From assembly GCA_947448325.1 (NCBI GenBank), contig CANFMK010000001.1:1-61420 (forward strand): a stretch of 61,420 bases of DNA, written 5' to 3'. Origin of the DNA: Comamonadaceae bacterium (lineage in GTDB: Bacteria > Pseudomonadota > Gammaproteobacteria > Burkholderiales > Burkholderiaceae_C). Positions 10,634-19,937 of the stretch are shown one piece after another. Numbering within the stretch: position 1 is the stretch's first letter; every line of letters starts with the position of its first letter. A program made the position numbers and the translations under genes. The notes under the pieces are model-generated. The model worked only from the letters and a program-made list of their open reading frames with translations, made no database searches and was not told the origin of the DNA.

Positions 10634-12739
10634 ATGCATTGGAAATTCAAACTGAGCTGCATCGCCAGCATGTTGGCTTTGCTCACTGTTGGCGTGGCGC
10701 AGGCGCGCATCACGCGCATCGTGATTGACGAGACCCGCCCGGTAGCACCGGCCCCAGGCAAGCCCGTGGGCATTGCCTATGAACAAATTGCGGGCCGCGC
10801 CTTTGGTGAGCTGGAGCCCAAGTTGCCCCAAAACGCCCTCATTCAAGACATTGAATTGGCCAAAGAAGCCGACGGCAAGGTCCGCTACATGACCTCGTTC
10901 GTGATCTACAAACCCGTGAATCTCCAACAAGCCAGTGGCTTGATGTGGCACGACGTGCCCAACCGAGGTCGGGTGTTTCCCTATGCCGAACAAGAATTTG
11001 CTTTGGGCGACATCGGCCTGGCCAGTGGCTGGCAGGGCGACAACGCCGGTGCCACCAGCGTCAAGCCCAAAGCCAGCATCGATGGCATGCAGTTTTTGCA
11101 AGTACCGGTGGCGCGCAACTTGGACGGCAGCCCGGTCAAAGGCCAGGTGTTGGCACGCATTGTCAATCGCTCAGGCCCGCATTCGCAGCCCTTGATGGTG
11201 CAGACCAATCCCGTTCCCTACAAACCCGCTTCATTGGACACACGCCAAACCAAGCTGGTGTCCCGAGGTCGCGAAAACATGAACGGCGAGGTCTTTGATG
11301 AACAGCCCATCGCGCCCTCCGACTGGGCTTGGGCGCAATGCGATGCGCAAAACCCTTTCCCTGGCAAACCCGACGCAACCCAGATTTGCCTGAAAAACGG
11401 CTTTGATCCCAAGCGCTTGTACCAAGTGGTATTTGAAGCACAAGACCCCTACGTGCTGGGCATTGGCTTTGCCGCCTGGCGCGATGTGGCAACGTTTTTC
11501 AAGCAAGCCCGTGCAGACGATGCGGGCACACCCAACCCGATCGCCAGCGTGGTCAAACACAGCATCGCGCGGGGCGTGTCCCAATCCGGCAACTATTTGC
11601 GCGGTTGGCTGCATTTGGGCTTTAACCAAGATGAACGCGGCCAACAGGTGCACGATGGGCTGTGGCCCATCATTGCGGGGCGGCGCATCGCTTTGAATTT
11701 TCGATGGGCGCAGCCTGACGGCGTGTTAGAGCTGTACCAAGCTGGAAGCGAAGGCCCGCAGTGGTGGCTGCCGCACCCCGACCCGGTGCGTGGATCGCCC
11801 GCCGCAGGCATTTTGGACCGCTGCAACGCGACCAACACCTGCCCCAAAATCATGGAGCATTTTGGATCGGCCGAAGTCTGGGCTTTGAAGCTCACGCCCG
11901 AATGGATCGGCACCGATGCGAAGCAAGACCTGCCCTTGCCTGCCAACGTCAAGCGTTACTACATCGCCAGCAGCAACCACGGCGGCGGCGCGGGTGGTTT
12001 TGACACCAGCCTGCCCGAAGCCGCATTGCCCAAAGCGGGCCCCATGTGTCCGGGCAACAACTTTGGTCAAGGCGTTTTGCCCGCCAACCCGGTACCGCAC
12101 ACCCACACCGTCAACGCGCTGCGGGTGCATTTTCGCAACTGGATCATGAAAGACACAGAACCGCCTGCCAGCCGCTACCCCACCTTGGCACACAACCAAT
12201 TGGCTGTGGCCGAGAAAACAGCCCTCGGTTACCCGACTCTGCCCGGCCTGCGCAGCACCGTGCCGGAGCGTGATTTCATCATGCCGGTTCACGACTACGA
12301 CTGGGGCCCAGGCTTCAAAGCGGTCGATGGCTCAGGCGTGCCCAGCCTGGCACCACCGCGCATCCAACAAGTGTTGACCATGTACGCCCCCAAAGTAGAC
12401 GCTGACGGCAACGAAGTGGGCGGTGTGCCGGTGGTTTTGCTGGATGCGCCCTTGGGCACCTACCTGGGTTGGAACGTGACCGCAGACGGCGACAAACCTT
12501 TCCATAAGAATGAAATTTGCAACTACGTGGGTGGCATGGTGCCGTTTGCCAAAACGGCAGCGCAGCGGCAGGCCAACGGCGATACGCGCCCTTCACTGCA
12601 AGAACGCTATGGCTCGCATGAAGGCTATGTGCAGGCCGTGAGAAAAGCAGCGGATCGCGCCTTGCAAGCCGGCTTTTTGTTGCCTGAAGATGCGCAGGCT
12701 TTGGTCCAAGCCGCCGACAAAAGCGCGGTGCTGCGTTGA
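10634..12739 (+). CDS. Large secreted alpha/beta-hydrolase-domain protein
   Basis: Signal peptide ending AQA; 'HDVPNRG', nucleophile-like 'GVSQSG', 'VDADGNEVGGV', 'SLQERYGSHEGYV'; the upstream part of the 999-aa ORF is an antisense shadow of the MFS gene. Confidence 0.8.
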   Translation: MHWKFKLSCIASMLALLTVGVAQARITRIVIDETRPVAPAPGKPVGIAYEQIAGRAFGELEPKLPQNALIQDIELAKEADGKVRYMTSFVIYKPVNLQQASGLMWHDVPNRGRVFPYAEQEFALGDIGLASGWQGDNAGATSVKPKASIDGMQFLQVPVARNLDGSPVKGQVLARIVNRSGPHSQPLMVQTNPVPYKPASLDTRQTKLVSRGRENMNGEVFDEQPIAPSDWAWAQCDAQNPFPGKPDATQICLKNGFDPKRLYQVVFEAQDPYVLGIGFAAWRDVATFFKQARADDAGTPNPIASVVKHSIARGVSQSGNYLRGWLHLGFNQDERGQQVHDGLWPIIAGRRIALNFRWAQPDGVLELYQAGSEGPQWWLPHPDPVRGSPAAGILDRCNATNTCPKIMEHFGSAEVWALKLTPEWIGTDAKQDLPLPANVKRYYIASSNHGGGAGGFDTSLPEAALPKAGPMCPGNNFGQGVLPANPVPHTHTVNALRVHFRNWIMKDTEPPASRYPTLAHNQLAVAEKTALGYPTLPGLRSTVPERDFIMPVHDYDWGPGFKAVDGSGVPSLAPPRIQQVLTMYAPKVDADGNEVGGVPVVLLDAPLGTYLGWNVTADGDKPFHKNEICNYVGGMVPFAKTAAQRQANGDTRPSLQERYGSHEGYVQAVRKAADRALQAGFLLPEDAQALVQAADKSAVLR

Positions 12740-12841
12740 GCGTGGAGAGCTGACCCGGGTGTGAGGGCATTGAAAAAGCCGGTTTCAAATTTATCGGCTC
12801 CACCAATTGCTACGCTTTTATGCAGGCGTCTGACTGTTGGG

Positions 12842-12870
12842 CTTGAGTTCGGTGCCGCACCGAACTCAAG
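12842..12870. promoter_or_regulatory. Perfect 29-bp palindrome upstream of the Cys-repeat protein gene
   Basis: CTTGAGTTCGGTGC-C-GCACCGAACTCAAG: 14-bp perfect arms with a 1-nt spacer. Confidence 0.6.
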
Positions 12871-12918
12871 GGCACGGCATGCCTCAATGCGGTTTCTTCA
12901 TCATTAAAGGGAACCCGC

Positions 12919-13470
12919 ATGAAAAAATACCTACCCAATCAGGCTGCGCTCTTGTGCTTGAGCTTGATCTGCACCATTGCCGCGCAGGCAGACATGATCA
13001 GCAAGCCCGACTACAAAGCAGGCAAAACACGCATCAGCGAAACCTACAAGGCTGACAAAACCGCTTGCAAATCATTGGCCAGCAATGCCAAAGACATCTG
13101 CGAAGAAGAAGCCAAGGCCAAAGAAAAAGTGGCCCGCGCAGAGCTGGAGTTCAGCTACAGCGGCAAAGTGTCTGACCAAAACAAAATTTTGGCGGTGAAA
13201 GCCCAAACAGCCTACGAAGTGGCCAAAGAGCGTTGCGACGAGCAAACCGGCAACGCCAAAGACGTTTGTAAAGAAGAAGCCAAAGCGGCAGAGAAAAAAG
13301 CCTTGGCCGATATGAAGATGAACCAAGACATCAGCAAAGCCAAGAAAACAGATGTCTCCGAAAAGATGGAAGCTGACTACAAAGTGGCGATTGAAAAGTG
13401 CGATGGCTTGGCAAGCGATGCCAAGACCAGCTGCGTGACAGCGGCCAAGGTCAAGTTCGGCAAGAACTGA
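12919..13470 (+). CDS. Secreted Lys/Ala-rich protein with three C-x10-C helical repeats
   Basis: Signal peptide; repeats CKSLASNAKDIC, CDEQTGNAKDVC, CDGLASDAKTSC. Confidence 0.8.
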   Translation: MKKYLPNQAALLCLSLICTIAAQADMISKPDYKAGKTRISETYKADKTACKSLASNAKDICEEEAKAKEKVARAELEFSYSGKVSDQNKILAVKAQTAYEVAKERCDEQTGNAKDVCKEEAKAAEKKALADMKMNQDISKAKKTDVSEKMEADYKVAIEKCDGLASDAKTSCVTAAKVKFGKN

Positions 13471-13537
13471 GTTTTTTGGCCCACTTCAGAATGAACAAAG
13501 TGGGCCTTGCCACGAGCCTGACCCGCCAAGCGCTTGA

Positions 13538-15760
13538 CTAAGCCTTGCGCCCCGCGTCAGGCCCACGCTTGACCACACCCGAGCGCGCCGCGTGCAGTTT
13601 TTTGTAGCTGTCAAGCAAGCGCTGGTGCCGGTCCAGGCCCTCCAATTGAAGGTTGGTGGGCGTAAGACCATGAAAGCGCACGCTGCCATCCACCGAGCCG
13701 ATGGCCGCATCCATGCGCTCGTCGTCAAACATGCGCCGAAAGTTGACAACGTAATCCGCCAAGTTCAGGTCCTCGTCCAGCGTCACCTCCAGCACCACGT
13801 TCAAGGCTTGGTAAAACAAGCGGCGCTCCACCGTGTTGTCGTTGTATTGCAAAAACGCACCCACCAGTTCGTGGGCTTCTTGCAGTTGCTGCAAAGCCAG
13901 GTGGATCAAGAGCTTGAGCTCCATCACCGTGAGCTGCCCCCACACCGTGTTGTCGTCAAACTCGATACCGATCAGCGTAGCAATGTCGAGGTAATCGTCC
14001 AGCTCATTGTTCTCCAACCGGTCAAGCAATGCCTCTAGCGCCTCGTCGTCCAAGCGGTACAGATTCAGCACATCGGCGCGGAACAACAGCGCTTTGTTGG
14101 TGTTGTCCCAAATCAGGTCATCAACCGGGTACACCTCGGAATAACCTGGCACCAAGATGCGGCAGGCGGTGGCGCCCAGTTGGTCGTGCACCGTCACATA
14201 GGCTTCTTTGCCCATGGCCTGCAAGATGCCAAACAGCGTCGCGGCTTCTTGGGCGGTGGCGTTCTCGCCCTGCCCGGCAAAGTCCCATTCCACAAATTCA
14301 AAATCCGATTGCGCGCTGAAAAACCGCCATGACACCACGCCGCTGGAGTCGATGAAGTGCTCCACAAAGTTGTTGGGCTCGGTCACCGCATTGCTGATGA
14401 AGGTGGGCTCAGGCAGGTCATTCAGGCCCTCAAAACTGCGGCCCTGCAGCAACTCGGTCAGGCTGCGCTCCAGCGCCACTTCCAAGCGCGGGTGTGCGCC
14501 AAAAGAAGCGAACACACCGCCGGTGCGCGGATTCATCAGGGTCACGCACATCACCGGGTAGAGCCCACCCAGCGAAGCGTCTTTGACCAGAACTGGGAAA
14601 CCCTGCGCCTCCAAGGCCTCAATGCCCGCGACGATGCCGGGGTACTTGGCCAACACCGACGGCGGCACGTCGGGCAAGGCCATTTCACTTTCGATGATCT
14701 CGCGCTTGACGGCCCGTTCAAAAATCTCCGACAAGCACTGCACCTGGGCTTCCACCAAGGTGTTGCCCGCACTCATGCCGTTGCTGACGAACAGGTTTTC
14801 CACCAGGTTGGACGGGAAGTACACCACCTCGCCATCGGACTGGCGTACATAGGGCAGCGCACAAATGCCACGCTGGGTGTTGCCCGAGTTGGTGTCAAAG
14901 AGGTGCGAGGCACGCAGCTCGCCGTCGGGGTTGTAAATGCGCAAGCAGTGCGCGTCCAACAAGCCTTTGGGCAGCGCGTCGCGCTGGCCGGGCTGGAACC
15001 AGCGCTCACGGGGGTCGTGCACGAATTCGGCTTGCGCAATGTCTTCGCCAAAAAACACGCCCGCGTAAAAGTGGTTGTTGTTCAGCCGCTCAATGTATTC
15101 GCCCAGCGCTGAAGCCAAGGCACTTTCTTTGCTGGAGCCCTTGCCGTTCGTGAAGCACATGGGCGAATGCGCGTCACGGATGTGCAGCGACCACACGTTG
15201 GGCACCAGGTTGCGCCACGACGCGATCTCGATCTTGATGCCCAAGTTGGCCAACACCGCCGTCATGTTGGCGATGGTTTGCTCCAGCGGCAGGTCCTTGC
15301 CCGCGATCAAGGTCTGCGATTGCGCATCGGGCTTGAGCGTGAGCAAGGCCTGCGCGTCGGCATCCAAGTTGTCCACCGCTTCAACGATGAAAGTGGGGCC
15401 CGCTTGAATCGCCTTTTTGACCGTGCAACGGTCAATCGACCGCAAAATGCCCAGGCGGTCTTTGTCGGACATGTCGGCCGGCAACTCCACCTGGATCTTG
15501 ATGGTCTGCAGGTAGCGGTTGTCCGGGTCCACGATGTTGTTTTGCGACAGGCGGATGTGCTCGGTGGAGATGCCGCGCGTCTCGCAATACAGCTTCACAA
15601 AATACGCCGCGCACAAAGCCGACGACGCCAAGAAGTAATCGAACGGCCCCGGCGCCGAGCCATCGCCCTTGTAGCGAATCGGCTGATCGGCCAGCACGGT
15701 GAAGTCGTCAAACTTTGCCTCCAGGCGCAGTTTGTCGAGAAAGTTGACTTTGATTTCCAT
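13538..15760 (-). CDS. OsmC domain / YcaO domain fusion protein
   Basis: N-terminal OsmC-like 'DQP...GDGSAPGPFDYFLAS.ALC'...'CTVKK'; YcaO motifs 'TNGKG...ALASALGE.IER' and 'SNGMSAGNT..EA..Q.L.EIFER'. Confidence 0.9.
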   Translation of the reverse strand: MEIKVNFLDKLRLEAKFDDFTVLADQPIRYKGDGSAPGPFDYFLASSALCAAYFVKLYCETRGISTEHIRLSQNNIVDPDNRYLQTIKIQVELPADMSDKDRLGILRSIDRCTVKKAIQAGPTFIVEAVDNLDADAQALLTLKPDAQSQTLIAGKDLPLEQTIANMTAVLANLGIKIEIASWRNLVPNVWSLHIRDAHSPMCFTNGKGSSKESALASALGEYIERLNNNHFYAGVFFGEDIAQAEFVHDPRERWFQPGQRDALPKGLLDAHCLRIYNPDGELRASHLFDTNSGNTQRGICALPYVRQSDGEVVYFPSNLVENLFVSNGMSAGNTLVEAQVQCLSEIFERAVKREIIESEMALPDVPPSVLAKYPGIVAGIEALEAQGFPVLVKDASLGGLYPVMCVTLMNPRTGGVFASFGAHPRLEVALERSLTELLQGRSFEGLNDLPEPTFISNAVTEPNNFVEHFIDSSGVVSWRFFSAQSDFEFVEWDFAGQGENATAQEAATLFGILQAMGKEAYVTVHDQLGATACRILVPGYSEVYPVDDLIWDNTNKALLFRADVLNLYRLDDEALEALLDRLENNELDDYLDIATLIGIEFDDNTVWGQLTVMELKLLIHLALQQLQEAHELVGAFLQYNDNTVERRLFYQALNVVLEVTLDEDLNLADYVVNFRRMFDDERMDAAIGSVDGSVRFHGLTPTNLQLEGLDRHQRLLDSYKKLHAARSGVVKRGPDAGRKA

Positions 15761-15847
15761 AGGCGTTCTCGAATAGTTTGATAGCCAGATGATTAAAAGA
15801 CAGGATGGCGGCCACAAAGCACACCGACCTATATTCTGATCATGCAC

Positions 15848-18800
15848 TCAATGATTCAACTGCCCCCAAGCCTTCTCCAGCCGCTTGATGCTGACTGGCT
15901 GCGGGGTGCGCAGTTCTTGCGCGAAGAAGCTCACGCGCAGCTCTTCCAATAGCCAGCGGAACTCCAGCATGCGGGCATCTTGGGCGCCTTTGCGTTCGGC
16001 CACCAGGCGCCAGTAGCGTTGTTCTTGCGGTTTCAGCTCGGACAAGCGCTGGGCGTCGCGGGCGGGGTCGGCGCGGTATTTGTCCAGGCGCAGGGTGATG
16101 GCTTTGAGGTAGCGGGCGTAATGCTGCAGCTGCGGCCACGGGGTGGCGGCCATGAAGTTTTTCGGCATCAGGCGTTGCAACTGCTGCGTGCAATCAGCCG
16201 TCACGTCGGGGGCGTTTTTGGTGTCTTTGATCTTGCGGGTGGCCACGCCAAACTCCAGCAAGATGGTGCCTGCCAGCCGGGCCACTTCGTTGGCAATCAG
16301 GGTGAGGCGTCCCCTGCCCTCGTCGATGCGGCGCTTGAATGTAGCTTCGTCGTTGGGCAGCGGGTCGAGCAAAAAGGCGCGGTCTAGCGCCACATCGATG
16401 ATCTGGGTTTTCAGCTCATCAGCCGTGCCCAGCGGCATAAAGGCTACAGCCATTTTTTGCAGGTCGGGAATGTTTTTTTCCAGGTACTTGAGCGCGTCTT
16501 TGATCTGCAGCGCAAACAGGCGGCGCAGGCCCGCGCGGTTTTTGGCGGCAGCCATGTCGGGCTCGTCAAACACTTCGATGGTCACTGCGTCTTGCATGTC
16601 CACGAGTGCAGGGAAGCCGATCAAGGTCTGTCCACCTTTGCTGATTTCCATCAGCTCTGGGAGTTCGCCGAAGGTCCAGGTGGTGTAGCGCTGGGGGGTG
16701 ATGGGGGCTTGTTGGGCGGGCGACTTGGAACCCAGCCCTCGCGAGGAATTGGGGTCAGAGCCCGAGTTTCGCTGCGCGAAATCGGGGTCCGACCCCAATT
16801 TGTTAGCTCCGCCCCCATGTAATTTTGGGTTTGCGGTTGAGGCACCAGCAGGCGCTTGCGCTACTTTCAGCTGCGCCAGCGCCTGGAAAGCTCCTCGGGC
16901 TTTGGCTCCCAGCTCACCTTTGAGCGCGCCCAGGTTGCGGCCCATGCCCATTTGGCGGCCGTGTTCGTCGACCACGCACAGGTTCATGAACAAATGCGGG
17001 CTGAGCATCTCGTGTTTGAAGTCGGTCCGTTTGATGTCCAGGCTGGTTTCGTCGCGGCACTTTTTCAGCAGCACATCGGTCAGCGAACCGCTGCCAAACA
17101 CTTCGGGCACCGACAGCTCGGCCGCCATGCGCGCAGCAGATTCGGGCAGGGGCACAAAGCGCGAACGCGGGCGCTGCGGCAGGCTTTTGAGCAGGGCCTG
17201 GATTTTGTCTTTGAGCAGGCCGGGCACCAGCCATTCGCAGCGGTCTTCGCTCACTTGGTTGAGCACAAACAAAGGCACCGTGACAGTGACGCCATCGCGC
17301 GTGTCTCCGGGTTCGTGCAAGTAGGTGGCGCTGCAATCGGTGCCGCCCAAACGGATGTGTTTCGGGAACGCCTGGGTGGTGATGCCCGCAGCTTCGTGGC
17401 GCATCAGCTCTTCGCGCGTGAGCATCAGCAGGCGGGGTTGCTTGGCGCTCTCTGCGCGGTACCAGTTTTCGAGCAAGCGGCCGCTGCACACATCGGGCGG
17501 AAGTTGCTGGTCGTAAAAAGCGTAGATCAGTTCATCGTCCACCAGCACGTCTTGGCGGCGCGACTTGTGCTCCAGCTCTTCGACCTTGGCAATCATCTTG
17601 TGGTTGCCGGCCAAAAACGGCAGCTTGGTTTCCCACTGATGCCCCACCAGTGCTTCGCGGATGAAAATCTCGCGTGCGCCGTGCAGGTCTACCCGGCTGT
17701 AGGACGTGCGCCTGCCGCTGTAAACCACCAAGCCATACAAAGTGGCACGTTCCAGAGCCACCACTTCGGCAGACTTCTTTTCCCAATGCGGGTCGAGCAG
17801 TTGCTTTTTGAGCAGGTGCGCGCCGACTTGTTCCAGCCACTGCGGCTCGATCGCGGCAATGCCCCGGCCAAACAGGCGCGTGGTCTCGACCAATTCAGAA
17901 ACCACGATCCAGCGGCCCGGCTTTTTGCTCAGGTGCGCACCAGGATGACGGTGGAACTTGATGCCACGCGCGCCCAAATAGGCCTCTTCGTCTTCCAGCT
18001 TGTAGCCCACATTGCCCAGCAGTCCCGCCAGCATGGACAAGTGCAACTGCTCGTAGCTGGCCGGCAAGGTGTTCAGTTTCCAGCGGTGCTCGGCCACCAC
18101 CGTGAGCAACTGCGTGTGCGTGTCGCGCCATTCGCGCACGCGGCGAATGTTGATGAAGTTTTGCCGCAGCAGTTGCTCGTATTGACGGTTGCTGAGTTTG
18201 TGGGTGGCTTCTTGACCGCCGCGCGCGGCGTGAATCCACTTCCACAGCTTCAAATATCCGCTGAATTCGCTTTTGTCGTCGTCAAACTTGGCGTGCTGTT
18301 GGTCGGCTTGGGCTTGCGCCTCCATGGGCCGGTCGCGCACGTCTTGTACCGACATGGCACTGGCGATGATCAGCACCTCTTCCAGCGCGTTGCGGTGGCG
18401 TGCCTCCAAAATCATGCGGCCCACACGCGGGTCCAGCGGCAGGCGTGACAGCTCTTGGCCAATTTGCGTCAGCTCGTTGACGTCGTCCACCGCGCCCAGT
18501 TCGGCCAGCAATTGGTAACCGTCGGTGATGGCGCGACTCGACGGCGCTTCGATGAACGGAAAATCCTCGACCACGCCCAGGTGCAGCGACTTCATGCGCA
18601 AGATCACACCGGCCAAAGACGAACGCAAGATTTCGGGGTCGGTAAAACGCGCTCGACCCGCAAAGTCTTTTTCGTCGTACAGCCGAATGCAAATGCCGTC
18701 AGCCACCCGGCCGCAGCGGCCAGCGCGCTGATTGGCCGCCGCTTGGCTGATGGGTTCGATCATGAGCTGCTCGACCTTGCTGCGCAGGCTGTAGCGCTTG

Positions 18801-19864
18801 ACGCGGGCGGTGCCGGCATCGATCACATAGCGAATGCCGGGTACGGTCAGCGAGGTTTCGGCCACGTTGGTGGCCAGCACAATGCGCCGTCCGGAGTGGC
18901 CGTCAAAAATACGGTCTTGTTCGGCTTGTGACAGGCGGGCAAACAGCGGCAGCACTTCGGCGTTGCGGGTCCAGGCGTTGTGCGACAGGTGCTTGCGCAG
19001 GTGGTCAGCGGCTTCGCGGATTTCGCGCTCACCCGGTAAAAAAACAAGGATATCGCCGCCCGCTCCACCTGCCCAGAGTTCGTCCACGCCGTCGGCGATG
19101 GCGTCGTTCAGGTCGTGGTCACGCGATTCTTCATACGGCCGCCAACGCATCTCGACCGGAAAGGTGCGGCCAGAGACCATGATCACGGGAGCGGGAATCA
19201 AGCCCCCACGCTCGCCCACTTCGTGTGGTTCGCTGCCCCCCGAGGGGGCTTCGCCCGGCTTGGGGCGGCCCGGCGCCGGTCGAGGCGCGCTCGCAAAGTG
19301 CCGGGCAAAACGATCGGCATCGATCGTGGCCGAGGTCACCACGATCTTCAGGTCCGGCCTGCGCGGCAAGATTTGGCGCAGGTAGCCCAACAGAAAATCG
19401 ATATTCAAGCTGCGCTCGTGCGCCTCGTCGATGATGATCGTGTCGTAGGCCAACAGGAGCGGGTCGTTTTGCGTCTCAGCCAACAAAATGCCGTCGGTCA
19501 TCAGCTTGACCGAGCTGTCTTTGCTCAAGCGGTCCTGAAACCGCACCTTGAAACCCACCACATCGCCCAGCGGCGTCTTCAGCTCTTCGGCAATGCGTTT
19601 GGCCACTGAGCTGGCGGCAATGCGGCGCGGTTGGGTGTGGCCAATCAAGCGCCCCTTCTCGCCGGGCTTGGCGTTGAGTTTGCCGCGCCCCAGCGCCAGC
19701 GCAATTTTGGGCAGTTGCGTGGTCTTGCCCGAACCGGTCTCACCGCACACGATGATGACTTGGTGCGCAGTCATGGCATCCATGATCTCCTGGCGTTTGC
19801 CTGAGACGGGCAGGCTTTCGGGAAATTCAATGACCAAAGACAGGGGTGGTTTCGGGGTTGTCAC
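15848..19864 (-). CDS. hrpA: ATP-dependent RNA helicase HrpA (start approximate)
   Basis: GETGSGKTTQ, DEAHER, SAT, 'ATNVAETSLTVPGI', QRAGRCGR; C-terminal 'LEELRVSFFAQEL'. Confidence 0.96.
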   Translation of the reverse strand: MTTPKPPLSLVIEFPESLPVSGKRQEIMDAMTAHQVIIVCGETGSGKTTQLPKIALALGRGKLNAKPGEKGRLIGHTQPRRIAASSVAKRIAEELKTPLGDVVGFKVRFQDRLSKDSSVKLMTDGILLAETQNDPLLLAYDTIIIDEAHERSLNIDFLLGYLRQILPRRPDLKIVVTSATIDADRFARHFASAPRPAPGRPKPGEAPSGGSEPHEVGERGGLIPAPVIMVSGRTFPVEMRWRPYEESRDHDLNDAIADGVDELWAGGAGGDILVFLPGEREIREAADHLRKHLSHNAWTRNAEVLPLFARLSQAEQDRIFDGHSGRRIVLATNVAETSLTVPGIRYVIDAGTARVKRYSLRSKVEQLMIEPISQAAANQRAGRCGRVADGICIRLYDEKDFAGRARFTDPEILRSSLAGVILRMKSLHLGVVEDFPFIEAPSSRAITDGYQLLAELGAVDDVNELTQIGQELSRLPLDPRVGRMILEARHRNALEEVLIIASAMSVQDVRDRPMEAQAQADQQHAKFDDDKSEFSGYLKLWKWIHAARGGQEATHKLSNRQYEQLLRQNFINIRRVREWRDTHTQLLTVVAEHRWKLNTLPASYEQLHLSMLAGLLGNVGYKLEDEEAYLGARGIKFHRHPGAHLSKKPGRWIVVSELVETTRLFGRGIAAIEPQWLEQVGAHLLKKQLLDPHWEKKSAEVVALERATLYGLVVYSGRRTSYSRVDLHGAREIFIREALVGHQWETKLPFLAGNHKMIAKVEELEHKSRRQDVLVDDELIYAFYDQQLPPDVCSGRLLENWYRAESAKQPRLLMLTREELMRHEAAGITTQAFPKHIRLGGTDCSATYLHEPGDTRDGVTVTVPLFVLNQVSEDRCEWLVPGLLKDKIQALLKSLPQRPRSRFVPLPESAARMAAELSVPEVFGSGSLTDVLLKKCRDETSLDIKRTDFKHEMLSPHLFMNLCVVDEHGRQMGMGRNLGALKGELGAKARGAFQALAQLKVAQAPAGASTANPKLHGGGANKLGSDPDFAQRNSGSDPNSSRGLGSKSPAQQAPITPQRYTTWTFGELPELMEISKGGQTLIGFPALVDMQDAVTIEVFDEPDMAAAKNRAGLRRLFALQIKDALKYLEKNIPDLQKMAVAFMPLGTADELKTQIIDVALDRAFLLDPLPNDEATFKRRIDEGRGRLTLIANEVARLAGTILLEFGVATRKIKDTKNAPDVTADCTQQLQRLMPKNFMAATPWPQLQHYARYLKAITLRLDKYRADPARDAQRLSELKPQEQRYWRLVAERKGAQDARMLEFRWLLEELRVSFFAQELRTPQPVSIKRLEKAWGQLNH
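16747..16800. repeat. REP-like hairpin (GGGGTC...GACCCC class) in frame inside hrpA
   Basis: AATTGGGGTCAGAGCCCGAGTTTCGC-TGC-GCGAAATCGGGGTCCGACCCCAATT, 54 nt, arms of about 25 bp, imperfect. Confidence 0.75.
19200..19277. repeat. Palindromic MITE/REP-like element in frame inside hrpA
   Basis: AAGCCCCC-ACGCTCGCCCACTTCGTGTGGTTCGCTGCCCCCCGA-GGGGGCTT followed by GCTTGGGGCGGCCCGGCGC; encodes a Pro/Gly-rich insert just after helicase motif III. Confidence 0.7.
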
Positions 19865-19889
19865 GGGGTAGATTATCCCATGGCACATA

Positions 19890-19916
19890 TTCACGTGCTA
19901 CACTTGTTTACGTGAA
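19890..19916. promoter_or_regulatory. Inverted repeat, likely antitoxin autoregulatory operator
   Basis: TTCACGT-N13-ACGTGAA, about 20 nt upstream of the antitoxin ATG. Confidence 0.5.
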
Positions 19917-19937
19917 CTTTCTACCAGGATTGTCATC

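Noticed and set aside
13478-13506. Hairpin GGCCCACTT-N11-AAGTGGGCC between convergent genes
   Set aside because: The T run lies before the stem on the plus strand, so it does not fit an intrinsic terminator in either direction.
12919-15760. RiPP cluster (YcaO with the Cys-rich neighbour as precursor)
   Set aside because: The neighbour is a 183-aa secreted protein on the opposite strand; no leader/core precursor or other tailoring genes.
16856-18448. 530-aa plus-strand ORF
   Set aside because: Antisense shadow of hrpA.
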